Part shown: piece after piece, positions 10,788 through 24,524 of the stretch
How positions within the stretch are numbered: position 1 is the first letter of the stretch
How the letters are laid out: each line of letters starts with the position of its first letter
NCBI RefSeq assembly: GCF_009914755.1
Contig: NC_060948.1
Length of the DNA stretch: 64,000 nt
Source of the DNA: the human T2T-CHM13v2.0 reference genome, Homo sapiens
Strand: one strand, 5' to 3'
Translations under genes and position numbers: made by a program
The notes under the pieces: generated by a model
What the model was told of the DNA's origin: nothing
Database searches by the model: none
The model's input: the letters and a program-made list of their open reading frames with translations, nothing else

Positions 10788-13700
10788 ATGGAATCGAACC
10801 ACAAGGAATGGACAGGAATAGAATGGTCTCGAATTGAATGGAATCGTATGGAATGGCATCAAACGGAATGGAATGGACAGCCACGGAATGGAATGCACTC
10901 GAATGCAATGGAGTCGAAACTAATGGACTGGAATAGAATGGACTCGACTGGTACGGACTCCAATGGAATGGAATCGAATGGAAGGGAATCGAACGGAATG
11001 GACTCGAAGGGAAAAGACTGCAATGGAAAGGTCTCGAATGGAATGGAAATTAATGGAATGGAATGGAATCGAATGAAATGGAGTCAAAAGGAATGGAATC
11101 GAATGGCAAGAAATCGAATGTAATGGAATCGCAAGGAATTGATGTGAACGGAACGGAATGGAATGGAATCCAAAGGAATGGAATAGAATGGAATGGAATC
11201 GAATGGAAAGGACTCGAATGGAAATCACTCCAATAGAATGCAATTTAATAAAATAGGATCAAATGTAATAGAATGGAATGGAAAGGAATCGAAACGGAAG
11301 GAATGGAGACAGATGGAATGGAATGGAACAGAGAGCAATGGTATAGAATGGAATGGAATCATCTGGAATGGAATTGAATGGAATGGAATAATATGAAATG
11401 GAATGGAATGGAATGGAATGGAATGCCCTTGAATTAAATGGACTGGACTCGAACAGAGTGGAATGGAAAGTGTTGAGATAGAATGGAATGGACTCCTTTG
11501 GAATGGTGTAGTATGCAATGCAATCGACTGGCAGGGAATCAAAAGGAATGTAATCGAATGGATTGGACTGGAATGCAATGGAATCGAATAGATTGGAAAC
11601 GGAATGCAAAGGAATGGAATGGAATAGTATGGAATGCAATGGGAGGGAATGGAGTGGAATAGACTAGAGTGGAATGGAATGGACTGGAAAGCAATGGACT
11701 GGAATGGAACTTTCTTGGATGGACTGGAATCAAACGGAATGGAATGCAATGCAATCAAATGGCATGGAATAAAATAGAATGAAAGAGAATCAAATGGAAT
11801 TGAATCGAATGGAATCGAATGGATTGGAAAGGAATAGAATGGAATGGAATGGAATTGACTCAAATGGAATGGACTAGAATGGAATGGATTCGAATGGAAG
11901 GCAAAGGAATGGAATCTATTGGAATGGACTGTAATGGAATGGAATGGAAGGGATTGGAATGGACTCGAATGGAATGGACTGCAATAGAAAGGACTCGAAT
12001 GGAATGAAAAAGAATTGAATGGAATAGAACAGAATGGAATCAAATCGAATGAAATGGAATGGAATAGAAAGGAATGGAATGAAATGGAATGGAAAGGATT
12101 CGAATGGAATGCAATCGAATGGAATGGAATCGAACGGAATGGAATAAAATGGAAGAAAACTGGCAAGAAATGGAATCGAAATGAATGGAGTGTTATGGAA
12201 CGGACTCAAAAGGAATTGAATGTAATAGAATGGAGTGGAGTGGACTCGAATATAATAGACTGGAATGGAATGAAATCACATGGAATGGGAACGAATGGAA
12301 TGGAATGGAAAGGAATGGAATCGAATGGAAAGGAATCGAATGGAAGGGAATGAAATTGAATCAACAGGAATGGAAGGGAATAGAATAGACGGTAATGGAA
12401 TGGACTCGAATAGAATGGACACGAAAGCTCAAATTGAATGGACTCGAATGGAATGGAAACGAAAGGAATGTCATCGAATGGAATTGAATCGATTGGAATG
12501 AAATCGCATAGAATGGAGTGGAATCAAATGGAATTGAATCGAAAGGAAAGGAAGCGAATGGACTGAAATGAAATGGAATGGAATTGAATGGAAAGTAATG
12601 CAATGGAATAGAATGGAACGAAATTTCACGGAATGGAATCAAACTGAATGGAATCAAATCAATGGAATCAAATCAAATGGAATGGAATGGAATTGAATGG
12701 AGTAGATTGGATTGGATGGGATTGGAATGAAATGTACTGGAAAGGACTCGAATTTCATGAAACGGAATGGAATGAATTGGAACGGAATGGACTCGAATGG
12801 TATGGAATGTCATGGAATGGCATCAAATGGAATGGCATCAAATGGAATGGAATCGAATGCAATGGAATGCTATGGAATGGAATGGAATGCATTGGAATGG
12901 AATGTCCTCTAATGGAATGGATTCGAGTGGAATGGAATTGAATATAATGGAGTCGAATGAAATGGAATTGAAAGGAATGGGATCGAATACAATGGAATAT
13001 ACTGGAATGTAACGTAATGAACTCGAATGTAATTGACTGGAATGGAATGTACATGAATGGAATGTAATCGAATGGAAAGTAATCCAATGGAATAGAATCT
13101 AATGCAATAAAATCGACTCAGATAGAGTAGAATGTAATGGAATGGAGTGCAGTGCAATGGAATGGAATGGAATGGAATGGAATGGAACGCAATGGAATGG
13201 AATGGAATGGAATGGAATGGGATGGAATGGTTTGGAATGGATAGTAATGGACTGGAGTGAAATGGACTGGAAAGGAATGGACTCAAATGGAAAGGGCTCG
13301 AAAGGAATGGAGACAAATGGAATGGTCTGGAATGGAATGAACACGAATGTAATGCAATCCAATAGAATGGAGTCGAATGGCATGGAATATAAAGAAATGG
13401 AATCGAAGAGAATGGAAACAAATGGAATGGAATTGAATGGAATGGAATTGAATGGAATGGGAACGAATGGAGTGAAATTGTATGCAGTAGAAGAGAATAG
13501 AATGGAATGCAAGCGAAAGGAAAGGAATGGATTGGAATGGAATGGAATTCATTGGAATGGAAGGGAATGTAGTGTAATGGACAGGCCTGGAATAAAGTGG
13601 AATGCTACGGTCTCGAATGGAATAAAAATGTATGGAATGGAATGCAATGAAACGGAATCGAATGTCATAGAATGTAATGGAATGCAAAAAAATGTAATCC

Positions 13701-14336
13701 AAAATCATTGACTGGAAAGGCTGGGTGTCGAAAGGAATTGACTCCAATGGAATGGAATCGAATGGAATGGAAGTGAATAGAATCGAACTAAATCGAATGG
13801 AATGGAATTTATAGGAACGGAATGGAAAGGAATGCAATGATTTGGCATGGAATGGAATCGAATGGCATCGAATGGAATGGAATGCAATTCAATGGAATGG
13901 AATGTATTAGAATATAATGAACTTTAATGGAATGTACTCGAATGGATTCGACTGGAATGGAATGTTCTGGAAGTGAATGGACTCCAATGGAATGGATTCA
14001 AAAGGAATGGAATCGTACGGAATGGAATCTAATGGAATGGAATTAAATGGAAATGAATCAAATTGAATAGCACGGAATTGAATTGAATGGAATGGAATGC
14101 AATGGAATCTAATGAAACGGAAAGGAAAGGAATGGAATGGAATGGAATGGGCTGGAATGGAAAGGAATCGAAACGAATGGAATGGAATCGAACTGAAGAG
14201 ACTGGAATGGAATGCACTGGAATGGAAGGGAGTGTAATGGAAGGTTCTCGAAAAAAATGGAATCGAATGGAATGGAATTGAATGGAACGGAATAGAGTCG
14301 AATGGAATTGAATGGAATGGAATGGACTAGAGTGAA
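10788..14336. repeat. DYZ1 unit 4 (3549 bp)
   Basis: Anchor 10788 to 14337. Confidence 0.95.
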
Positions 14337-17300
14337 ATGGAATCGAACCACAAGGAATGGACAGGAATAGAATGGTCTCGAATTGAATGGAATCGTATGG
14401 AATGGCATCAAACGGAATGGAATGGACAGCCACGGAATGGAATGCACTCGAATGCAATGGAGTCGAAACTAATGGACTGGAATAGAATGGACTCGACTGG
14501 TACGGACTCCAATGGAATGGAATCGAATGGAAGGGAATCGAACGGAATGGACTCGAAGGGAAAAGACTGCAATGGAAAGGTCTCGAATGGAATGGAAATT
14601 AATGGAATGGAATGGAATCGAATGAAATGGAGTCAAAAGGAATGGATTCGAATGGCAAGAAATCGAATGTAATGGAATCGCCAGGAACTGATGTGAACGG
14701 AACGGAATGGAATGGAATCCAAAGGAATGGAATAGAATGGAATGGAATCGAATGGAAAGGACTCGAATGGAAATCACTCGAATAGAATGCAATTTAATAA
14801 AATAGGATCAAATGTAATGGAATGGAATGGAAAGGAATCGAAACGAAAGGAATGGAGACAGATGGAATGGAATGGAACAGAGAGCAATGGTATAGAATGG
14901 AATGGAATCATCTGGAATGGAATTGAATGGAATGGAATAATATGAAATGGAATGGAATGGAATGGAATGGAATGCCCTTGAATTAAATGGACTGGACTCG
15001 AACAGAGTGGAATGGAAAGTGTTGAGACAGAATGGAATGGACTCCTTTGGAATGGTCTAGTATGCAATGCAATCGACGGGCAGGGAATCAAAAGGAATGT
15101 AATGGAATGGATTGGACTGGAATGCAATGGACTCGAATAGATTGGAAACGGAATGCAAAGGAATGGATTGGAATAGTATGGAATGGAATGGAAAGGAATG
15201 GAGTGGAATAGACTAGAGTGGAATGGAATGGACTGGAAAGCAATGGACTGGAATGGAACATTCTTGAATGGAATGGAATCAAACGGAATGGAATGCAATG
15301 CAATCAAATGGCATGGAATAAAATAGAATGAAAGAGAATCAAATGGAATTGAATCGAATGGAATCGAATGGATTGGAAAGGAATAGAATGGAATGGAATG
15401 GAATTGACTCAAATGGAATGGACTAGAATGGAATGGATTCGAATGGAAGGCAAAGGAATGGAATCTATTGGAATGGACTGTAATGGAATGGAATGGAAAG
15501 GATTGGAATGGACTCGAATGGAATGGACTGCAATAGAAAGGATTCGAATGGAATGAAAAAGAATTGAATGGAATAGAACAGAATGGAATCAAATCGAATG
15601 AAATGGAATGGAATAGAAAGGAATGGAATGAAATGGAATGGAAAGGATTCGAATGGAATGCAATCGAATGGAATGGAATCGAACGGAATGGAATAAAATG
15701 GAAGAAAACTGGCAAGAAATGGAATCGAAATGAATGGAGTGTTATGGAACGGACTCAAAAGGAATTGAATGTAATAGAATGGAGTGGAGTGGACTCGAAT
15801 ATAATGGACTGGAATGGAATGAAATCACATGGAATGGGAACGAATGGAATGGAATGGAAAGGAATGGAATCGAATGGAAAGGAATCGAATGGAAGGGAAT
15901 GAAACTGAATCAAAAGGAATGGAAGGGAATAGAATAGACGGTAATGGAATGGACTCGAATAGAATGGACACGAATGCTCAAATTGAATGGACTCGAATGG
16001 AATGGAAACGAAAGGAATGTCATCGAATGGAATTGAATCGATTGGAATGAAATCGCATAGAATGGAGTGGAATCAAATGGAATTGAATCGAAAGGAAAGG
16101 AAGCGAATGGACTGAAATGAAATGGAATGGAATTGAATGGAAAGTAATGCAATGGAATAGAATGGAACGAAATTTCACGGAATGGAATCAAACTGAATGG
16201 AATCAAATCAATGGAATCAAATCAAATGGAATGGAAAGGAATTGAATGGAGTAGATGGGACTGGATGGGATTGGAATGAAATGTACTGGAAAGGACTCGA
16301 ATTTCATGAAACGGAATGGAATGAATTGGAACGGAATGGACTCGAATGGAATGGAATGTCATGGAATGGCATGAAATGGAATGGCATCAAATGGAATGGA
16401 ATCGAATGCAATGGAATGCTATGGAATGGAATGGAATGCATTGGAATGGAATGTCCTCTAATGGAATGGATTCGAGTGGAATGGAATCGAATATAATGGA
16501 GTCGAATGAAATGGAATTGAAAGGAATGGGATCGAATACAAGGGAATATACTGGAATGTAACGTAATGAACTCGAATGTAATTGACTGGAATGGAATGTA
16601 CATGAATGGAATGTAATCGAATGGAAAGTAATCCAATGGAATAGAATCTAATGCAATAAAATCGACTCAGATAGAGTAGAATGTAATGGAATGGAGTGCA
16701 GTGCAATGGAATGGAATGGAATGGAATGCAATGGAATGGAATGGGATGGAATGGTATGGAATGGATAGTAATGGACTGGAGTGAAATGGACTGGAAATTA
16801 ATGGACTCAAATTGAAAGGGCTCGAAAGGAATGGAGACAAACGGAATGGTCTGGAATGGAATGAACACGAATGTAATGCAATCCAATAGAATGGAGTCGA
16901 ATGGCATGGAATATAAAGAAATGGAATCGAAGAGAATGGAAACAAATGGAATGGAATTGAATGGAATGGAATTGAATGGAATGGGAACGAATGGAGTGAA
17001 ATTGTATGCAGTAGAAGAGAATAGAATGGAATGCAAGCGAAAGGAAAGGAATGGATTGGAATGGAATGGAATTCATTGGAATGGAAGGGAATGTAGTGTA
17101 ATGGACAGGCCTGGAATAAAGTGGAATGCTACGGTCTCGAATGGAATAAAAATGTATGGAATGGAATGCAATGAAACGGAATCGAATGTCATAGAATGTA
17201 ATGGAATGCAAAAAAATGGAATCCAAATTCATTGACTGGAAAGGCTGGGTGTCGAAAGGAATTGACTCCAATGGAATGGAATCGAATGGAATGGAAGTGA

Positions 17301-17860
17301 ATAGAATCGAACTAAATCAAATGGAATGGAATTGATAGGAACGGAATGGAAAGGATTGCAATGATTTGGCATGGAATGGAATCGAATGGCATCGAATGGA
17401 ATGGAATGGAATGCAATGGAATGGAATGTATTAGAATGTAATGAACTTTAATGGAATGTACTCGAATGGATTCGACTGGAATGGAATGTTCTGGAAGTGA
17501 ATGGACTCCAATGGAATGGATTCAAAAGGAATGGAATCGTACGGAATGGAATCTAATGGAATGGAATTAAATGGAAATGAATCAAATTGAATAGCACGGA
17601 ATTGAATTGAATGGAATCGAATGCAATGGAATCTAATGAAACGGAAAGGAAAGGAATGCAATGGAATGGAATGGGCTGGAATGGAAAGGAATCGAAACGA
17701 ATGGAATGGAATCGAACTGAAGAGACTGGAATGGAATGCACTGGAATGGAAGGGAGTGTAATGGAAGGTTCTCGAAAAAAATGGAATCGAATGGAATGGA
17801 ATTGAATGGAACGGAATAGAGTCGAATGGAATTGAATGGAATGGAATGGACTAGAGTGAA
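14337..17860. repeat. DYZ1 unit 5 (3524 bp)
   Basis: Anchor 14337 to 17861; short pure-GGAAT tract. Confidence 0.95.
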
Positions 17861-20800
17861 ATGGAATCGAACCACAAGGAATGGACAGGAATAGAATGGT
17901 CTCGAATTGAATGGAATCGTATGGAATGGCATCAAACGGAATGGAATGGACAGCCACGGAATGGAATGCACTCGAATGCAATGGAGTCGAAACTAATGGA
18001 CTGGAATAGAATGGACTCGACTGGTACGGACTCCAATGGAATGGAATCGAATGGAAGGGAATCGAACGGAATGGACTCGAAGGGAAAAGACTGCAATGGA
18101 AAGGTCTCGAATGGAATGGAAATTAATGGAATGGAATGGAATCGAATGAAATGGAGTCAAAAGGAATGGAATCGAATGGCAAGAAATCGAATGTAATGGA
18201 ATCGCAAGGAATTGATGTGAACGGAACGGAATGGAATGGAATCCAAAGGAATGGAATAGAATGGAATGGAATCGAATGGAAAGGACTCGAATGGAAATCA
18301 CTCGAATAGAATGCAATTTAATAAAATAGGATCAAATGTAATGGAATGGAATGGAAAGGAATCGAAACGAAAGGAATGGAGACAGATGGAATGGAATGGA
18401 ACAGAGAGCAATGGTATAGAATGGAATGGAATCATCTGGAATGGAATTGAATGGAATGGAATAATATGAAATGGAATGGAATGGAATGGAATGGAATGCC
18501 CTTGAATTAAATGGACTGGACTCGAACAGAGTGGAATGGAAAGTGTTGAGATAGAATGGAATGGACTCCTTTGGAATGGTCTAGTATGCAATGCAATCGA
18601 CTGGCAGGGAATCAAAAGGAATGTAATGGAATGGATTGGACTGGAATGCAATGGACTCGAATAGATTGGAGACGGAATGCAAAGGAATGGAATGGAATAG
18701 TATGGAATGGAAAGAAATGGAATGGAATGGATTCGAATGGAATGCAATCGAATGGAATGGAATCTAACGGAATGGAATAAAATGGAAGAAAACTGGCAAG
18801 AAATGGAATCGAAATGAGTGGAGTGTTATGGAAGGGACTCAAAAGGAATTGAATGTAATAGAATGGAGTGGAGTGGACTCGAATATAATGGACTGGAATG
18901 GAATGAAATCACATGGAATGGGAACGAATGGAATGGAATGGAAAGGAATGGAATCGAATGGAAAGGAATCGAATGGAAGGGAATGAAATTGAATCAACAG
19001 GAATGGAAGGGAATAGAATAGACGGTAATGGAATGGACTCGAATAGAATGGACACGAATGCTCAAATTAAATGGACTCGAATGGAATGGAAACGAAAGGA
19101 ATGTCATCGAAAGGAATTGAATGGATTGGAGTGAAATCGCATAGAATGGAGTGGAATCAAATGGAATTGAATCGAAAGGAAAGGAAGCGAATGGACTGAA
19201 ATGAAATGGAATGGAATTGAATGGAAACTAATGCAATGGAATAGAATGGAACGAAATTTCACGGAATGGAATCAAACTGAATGGAATCAAATCAATGGAA
19301 TCAAATCAAATGGAATGGAAAGGAATTGAATGGAGTAGATGGGATTGGATGGGATTGGAATGAAATGTACTGGAAAGGACTCGAATTTCATGAAACGGAA
19401 TGGAATGAATTGGAACGGAATGGACTCGAATGGAATGGAATGTCATGGAATGGCATCAAATGGAATGGCATCAAATGGAATGGAATCGAATGCAATGGAA
19501 TGCTATGGAATGGAATGGAATGCATTGGAATGGAATGTCCTCTAATGGAATGGATTCGAGTGGAATGGAATCGAATATAATGGAGTCGAATGAAATGGAA
19601 TTGAAAGGAATGGGATCGAATACAATGGAATATACTGGAATGTAACGTAATGAACTCGAATGTAATTGACTGGAATGGAATGTACATGAATGGAATGTAT
19701 TCGAATGGAAAGTAATCCAATGGAATAGAATCTAATGCAATAAAATCGACTCATATAGAGTAGAATGTAATGGAATGGAGTGCAGTGCAATGGAATGGAA
19801 TGGAATGGAATGCAATGGAATGGAATGGAATGGAATGGAATGGAATGGAATGGAATGGAATGGGATGGAATTGTATGGAATGGATAGTAATGGACTGGAT
19901 TGAAATGGACTGGAAAGGAATGGACTCAAATTGAAAGGGCTCGAAAGGAATGGAGTCAAATGGAATGGTCTGGAATGGAATGAACACGAATGTAATGCAA
20001 CCCAATAGAATGGAATCGAATGGCATGGAATATAAAGAAATGGAATCGAAGAGAATGGAAACAAATGGAATGGAATTGAATGGAATGGAATTGAATGGAA
20101 TGGGAACGAATGGTGTGAAATTGTATGCAGTAGAAGAGAATAGAATGGAATGCAAGCGAAAGGAAAGGAATAGATTGGAATGGAATGGAATTCATTGGAA
20201 TGGAAGGGAATGTAGTGTAATGGACAGGCCTGGAATAAAGTGGAATGATACGGTCTCGAATGGAATAAAAATGTATGGAATGGAATGCAATGAAACGGAA
20301 TCGAATGTCATAGAATGTAATGGAATGCAAAAAAATGGAATCCAAAATCATTGACAGGAAAGGATGGGTGTCGAAAGGAATTGACTCCAATGGAATGGAA
20401 TCGAATGGAATGGAAGTGAATAGAATCGAACTAAATCGAATGGAATGGAATTGATAGGAACGGAATGGAAAGGAATGCAATGATTTGGCATGGAATGGAA
20501 TCGAATGGCATCGAATGGAATGGAATGGAATGCAATGGAATGGAATGTATTAGAATGTAATGAACTTTAATGGTATGTACTCGAATGGATTCGACTGGAA
20601 TGGAATGTTCTGGAAGTAAATGGACTCCAATGGAATGGATTCAAAAGGAATGGAATAGTACGGAATGGAATCTAATGGAATGGAATTAAATGGAAATGAA
20701 TCAAATTGAATAGCACGGAATTGAATTGAATGGAATGGAATGCAATGGAATCTAATGAAACGGAAAGGAAAGGAATGGAATGGAATGGAATGGGCTGGAA

Positions 20801-20980
20801 TGGAAAGGAATCGAAACGAATGGAATGGAATCGAACTGAAGAGACTGGAATGGAATGCACTGGAATGGAAGGGGGTGTAATGGAAGGTTCTCCAAAAAAA
20901 ATGGAATCGAATGGAATGCAATTGAATGGAACGGAATAGAGTCGAATGCAATTGAATGGAATGGAATGGACTAGAGTGAA
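17861..20980. repeat. DYZ1 unit 6, internally deleted (3120 bp)
   Basis: Anchor 17861 to 20981; 440 bp missing at ~18700-18730. Confidence 0.95.
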
Positions 20981-23900
20981 ATGGAATCGAACCACAAGGA
21001 ATGGACAGGAATAGAATGGTCTCGAATTGAATGGAATCGTATGGAATGGCATCAAACGGAATGGAATGGACAGCCACGGAATGGAATGCACTCGAATGCA
21101 ATGGAGTCGAAACTAATGGACTGGAATAGAATGGACTCGACTGGTACGGACTCCAATGGAATGGAATCGAATGGAAGGGAATCGAACGGAATGGACTCGA
21201 AGGGAAAAGACTGCAATGGAAAGGTCTCGAATGGAATGGAAATTAATGGAATGGAATGGAATCGAATGAAATGGAGGCAAAAGGAATGGAATCGAATGGC
21301 AAGAAATCGAATGTAATGGAATCGCAAGGAATTGATGTGAATGGAACGGAATGGAATGGAATCCAAAGGAATGGAATAGAATGGAATGGAATCGAATGCA
21401 AAGGACTCGAATGGAAATCACTCGAATAGAATGCAATTTAATAAAATAGGATCAAATGTAATGGAATGGAATGGAAAGGAATCGAAACGAAAGGAATGGA
21501 GACAGATGGAATGGAATGGAACAGAGAGCAATGGTATAGAATGGAATGGAATCATCTAGAATGTAATTGAATGGAATGGAATAATATGAAATGGAATGGA
21601 ATGGAATGGAATGCCCTTGAATTAAATGGACTGGAATGGAATGGACTCGAACAGAGTGGAATGGAAAGTGTTGAGATAGAATGGAATGGACTCCTTTGGA
21701 ATGGTGTAGTATGCAATGCAATCGACTGGCAGGGAATCAAAAGGAATGTAATCGAATGGATTGGACTGGAATGCAATGGACTCGAATAGATTGGAAACGG
21801 AATGCAAAGGAATGGAATGGAATAGTATGGAATGGAATGGAAAGGAATGGAGTGGAATAGACTAGAGTGGAATGGAATGGACTCGAAAGCAATGGACTGG
21901 AATGGAACTTTCTTGAATGGACTGGAACCAAACGGAATGGAATGCAATGCAATCAAATGGCATGGAATAAGATAGAATTAAAGAGAATCAAATGGAATTG
22001 AATCGAATGGAATCGAATGGATTGGAAAGGAATAGAATGGAATGGAATGGAATTGACTCAAATGGAATGGACTAGAATGGAATGGATTCGAATGGAAGGC
22101 AAAGGAATGGAATCTATTGGAATGGACTGTAATGGAATGGAATGGAAGGGATTGGAATGGACTCGAATGGAATGGACTGCAATAGAAAGGATTCGAATGG
22201 AATGAAAAAGAATTGAATGGAATAGAACAGAATGGAATCAAATCGAATGAAATGGAATGGAATAGAAAGGAATGGAATGAAATGGAATGGAAAGGATTCG
22301 AATGGAATGCAATCGAATGGAATGGAATCGAACGGAATGGAATAAAATGGAAGAAAACTGGCAAGAAATGGAATCGAAATGAATGGAGTGTTATGGAATG
22401 GACTCAAAAGGAATTGAATGTAATAGAATGGAGTGGAGTGGACTCGAATATAATGGACTGGAATGGAATGAAATCACATGGAAAGGGAACAAATGGAATG
22501 GAATGGAAAGGAATGGAATTGAATGGAAAGGAATCGAACGGAAGGGAATGAAATTGAATCAACAGGAATGGAAGGGAATAGAATAGACGGTAATGGAATG
22601 GACTCGAATAGAATGGACACGAATGCTCAAATTGAATGGACTCGAATGAAATGGATACGAAAGGAATGTCATCGAATGGAATTGAATCGATTGGAATGAA
22701 ATCGCATAGAATGGAGTGGAATCAAATGGAATTGAATCGAAAGGAAAGGAAGCGAATGGACTGAAATGAAATGGAATGGAATTGAATGGAAAGTAATGCA
22801 ATGGAATAGAATGGAACGAAATTTCACGGTATGGAATCAAACTGAATGGAATCAAATCAATGGAATCAAATCAAATGGAATGGAAAGGAATTGAATGGAG
22901 TAGATGGGATTGGATGGGATTGGAATGAAATGTACTGGAAAGGACTCGAATTTCATGAAACGGAATGGAATGAATTGGAACGGAATGGACACGAATGGAA
23001 TGGAATGTCATGGAATGGCATCAAATGGAATGGCATCAAATGGAATGGAATCGAATGCAATGGAATGCTATGGAATGGAATGGAATGCATTGGAATGGAA
23101 TGTCCTCTAATGGAATGGATTCGAGTGGAATGGAATCGAATATAATGGAATCGAATTAAATGGAATTGAAAGGAATGGGACCGAATACAATGGAATATAC
23201 TGGAATGTAATGTAATGAACTCGAATGTAATTGACTGGAATGGAATGTACATGAATGGAATGTAATCGAATGGAAAGTAATCCAATGGAATAGAATCTAA
23301 TGCAATAAAATCGACTCAAATAGAGTAGAATGTAATGGAATGGAGTGCAGTGCAATGGAATGGAATGGAATGGAATGCAATGGAATGGAATGGAATGGAA
23401 TGGAATGGGATGGAATGGGATGGAATGGATAGTAATGGACTGGAGTGAAATGGACTGGAAAGGAATGGACTCAAATGGAAAGGGCTCGAAGGGAATGGAG
23501 ACTAATGGAATGGTCTGGAATGGAATGAACACGAATTTAATGCAATCCAATAGAATGGAGTCGAATGGCATGGAATATAAAGAAATGGAATCGAAGAGAA
23601 TGGAAACAAATGGAATGGAATTGAATGGAATGGAATTGAATGGAATGGGAACGAATGGAGTGAAATTGTATGCAGTAGAAGAGAATAGAATGGAATGCAA
23701 GCGAAAGGAAAGGAATGGATTGGAATGGAATGGAATTCATTGGAATGGAAGGGAATGTAGTGTAATGGACAGGCCTGGAATAAAGTGGAATGCTACGGTC
23801 TCGAATGGAATAAAAATGTATGGAATGGAATGCAATGAAACGGAATCGAATGTCATAGAATGTAATGGAATGCAAAAAAATGGAATCCAAAATCATTGAC

Positions 23901-24524
23901 TGGAAAGGCTGGGTGTCGAAAGGAATTGACTCCAACGGAATGGAATCGAATGGAATGGAAGTGAATAGAATCGAACTAAATCGAATGGAATGGAATTGAT
24001 AGGAACGGAATGGAAAGGAATGCAATGATTTGGCATGGAATGGAATCGAATGGCATCGAATGGAATGGAATGGAAAAAAATGGAATGGAATGTATTAGAA
24101 TGTAATGAACTTTAATGGAATGTACTCGAATGGATTCGACTGGAATGGAATGTTCTGGAAGTGAATGGACTCCAATGGAATGGATTCAAAAGGAATGGAA
24201 TCGTACGGAATGGAATCTAATGGAATGGAATTAAATGGAAATGAATCAAATTGAATAGCACGGAATTGAATTGAATGGAATCGAATGCAATGGAATCTAA
24301 TGAAACGGAAAGGAAAGGAATGCAATGGAATGGAATGGGATGGAATGCAAAGGAATCGAAACGAATGGAATGGAATCGAACTGAAGAGACTGGAATGGAA
24401 TGCACTGGAATGGAAGGGAGTGTAATGGAAGGTTCTCGAAAAAAATGGAATCGAATGGAATGGAATTGAATGGAACGGAATAGAGTCGAATGGAAATGAA
24501 TGGAATGGAATGGACTAGAGTGAA
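20981..24524. repeat. DYZ1 unit 7 (3544 bp)
   Basis: Anchor 20981 to 24525. Confidence 0.95.

Noticed and set aside
24071-24082. A-run GGAAAAAAATGG in unit 7 as a retrotransposon tail
   Set aside because: It is an in-register substitution of the GGAATGCAATGG sequence with no length change, no target-site duplication and no inserted body.
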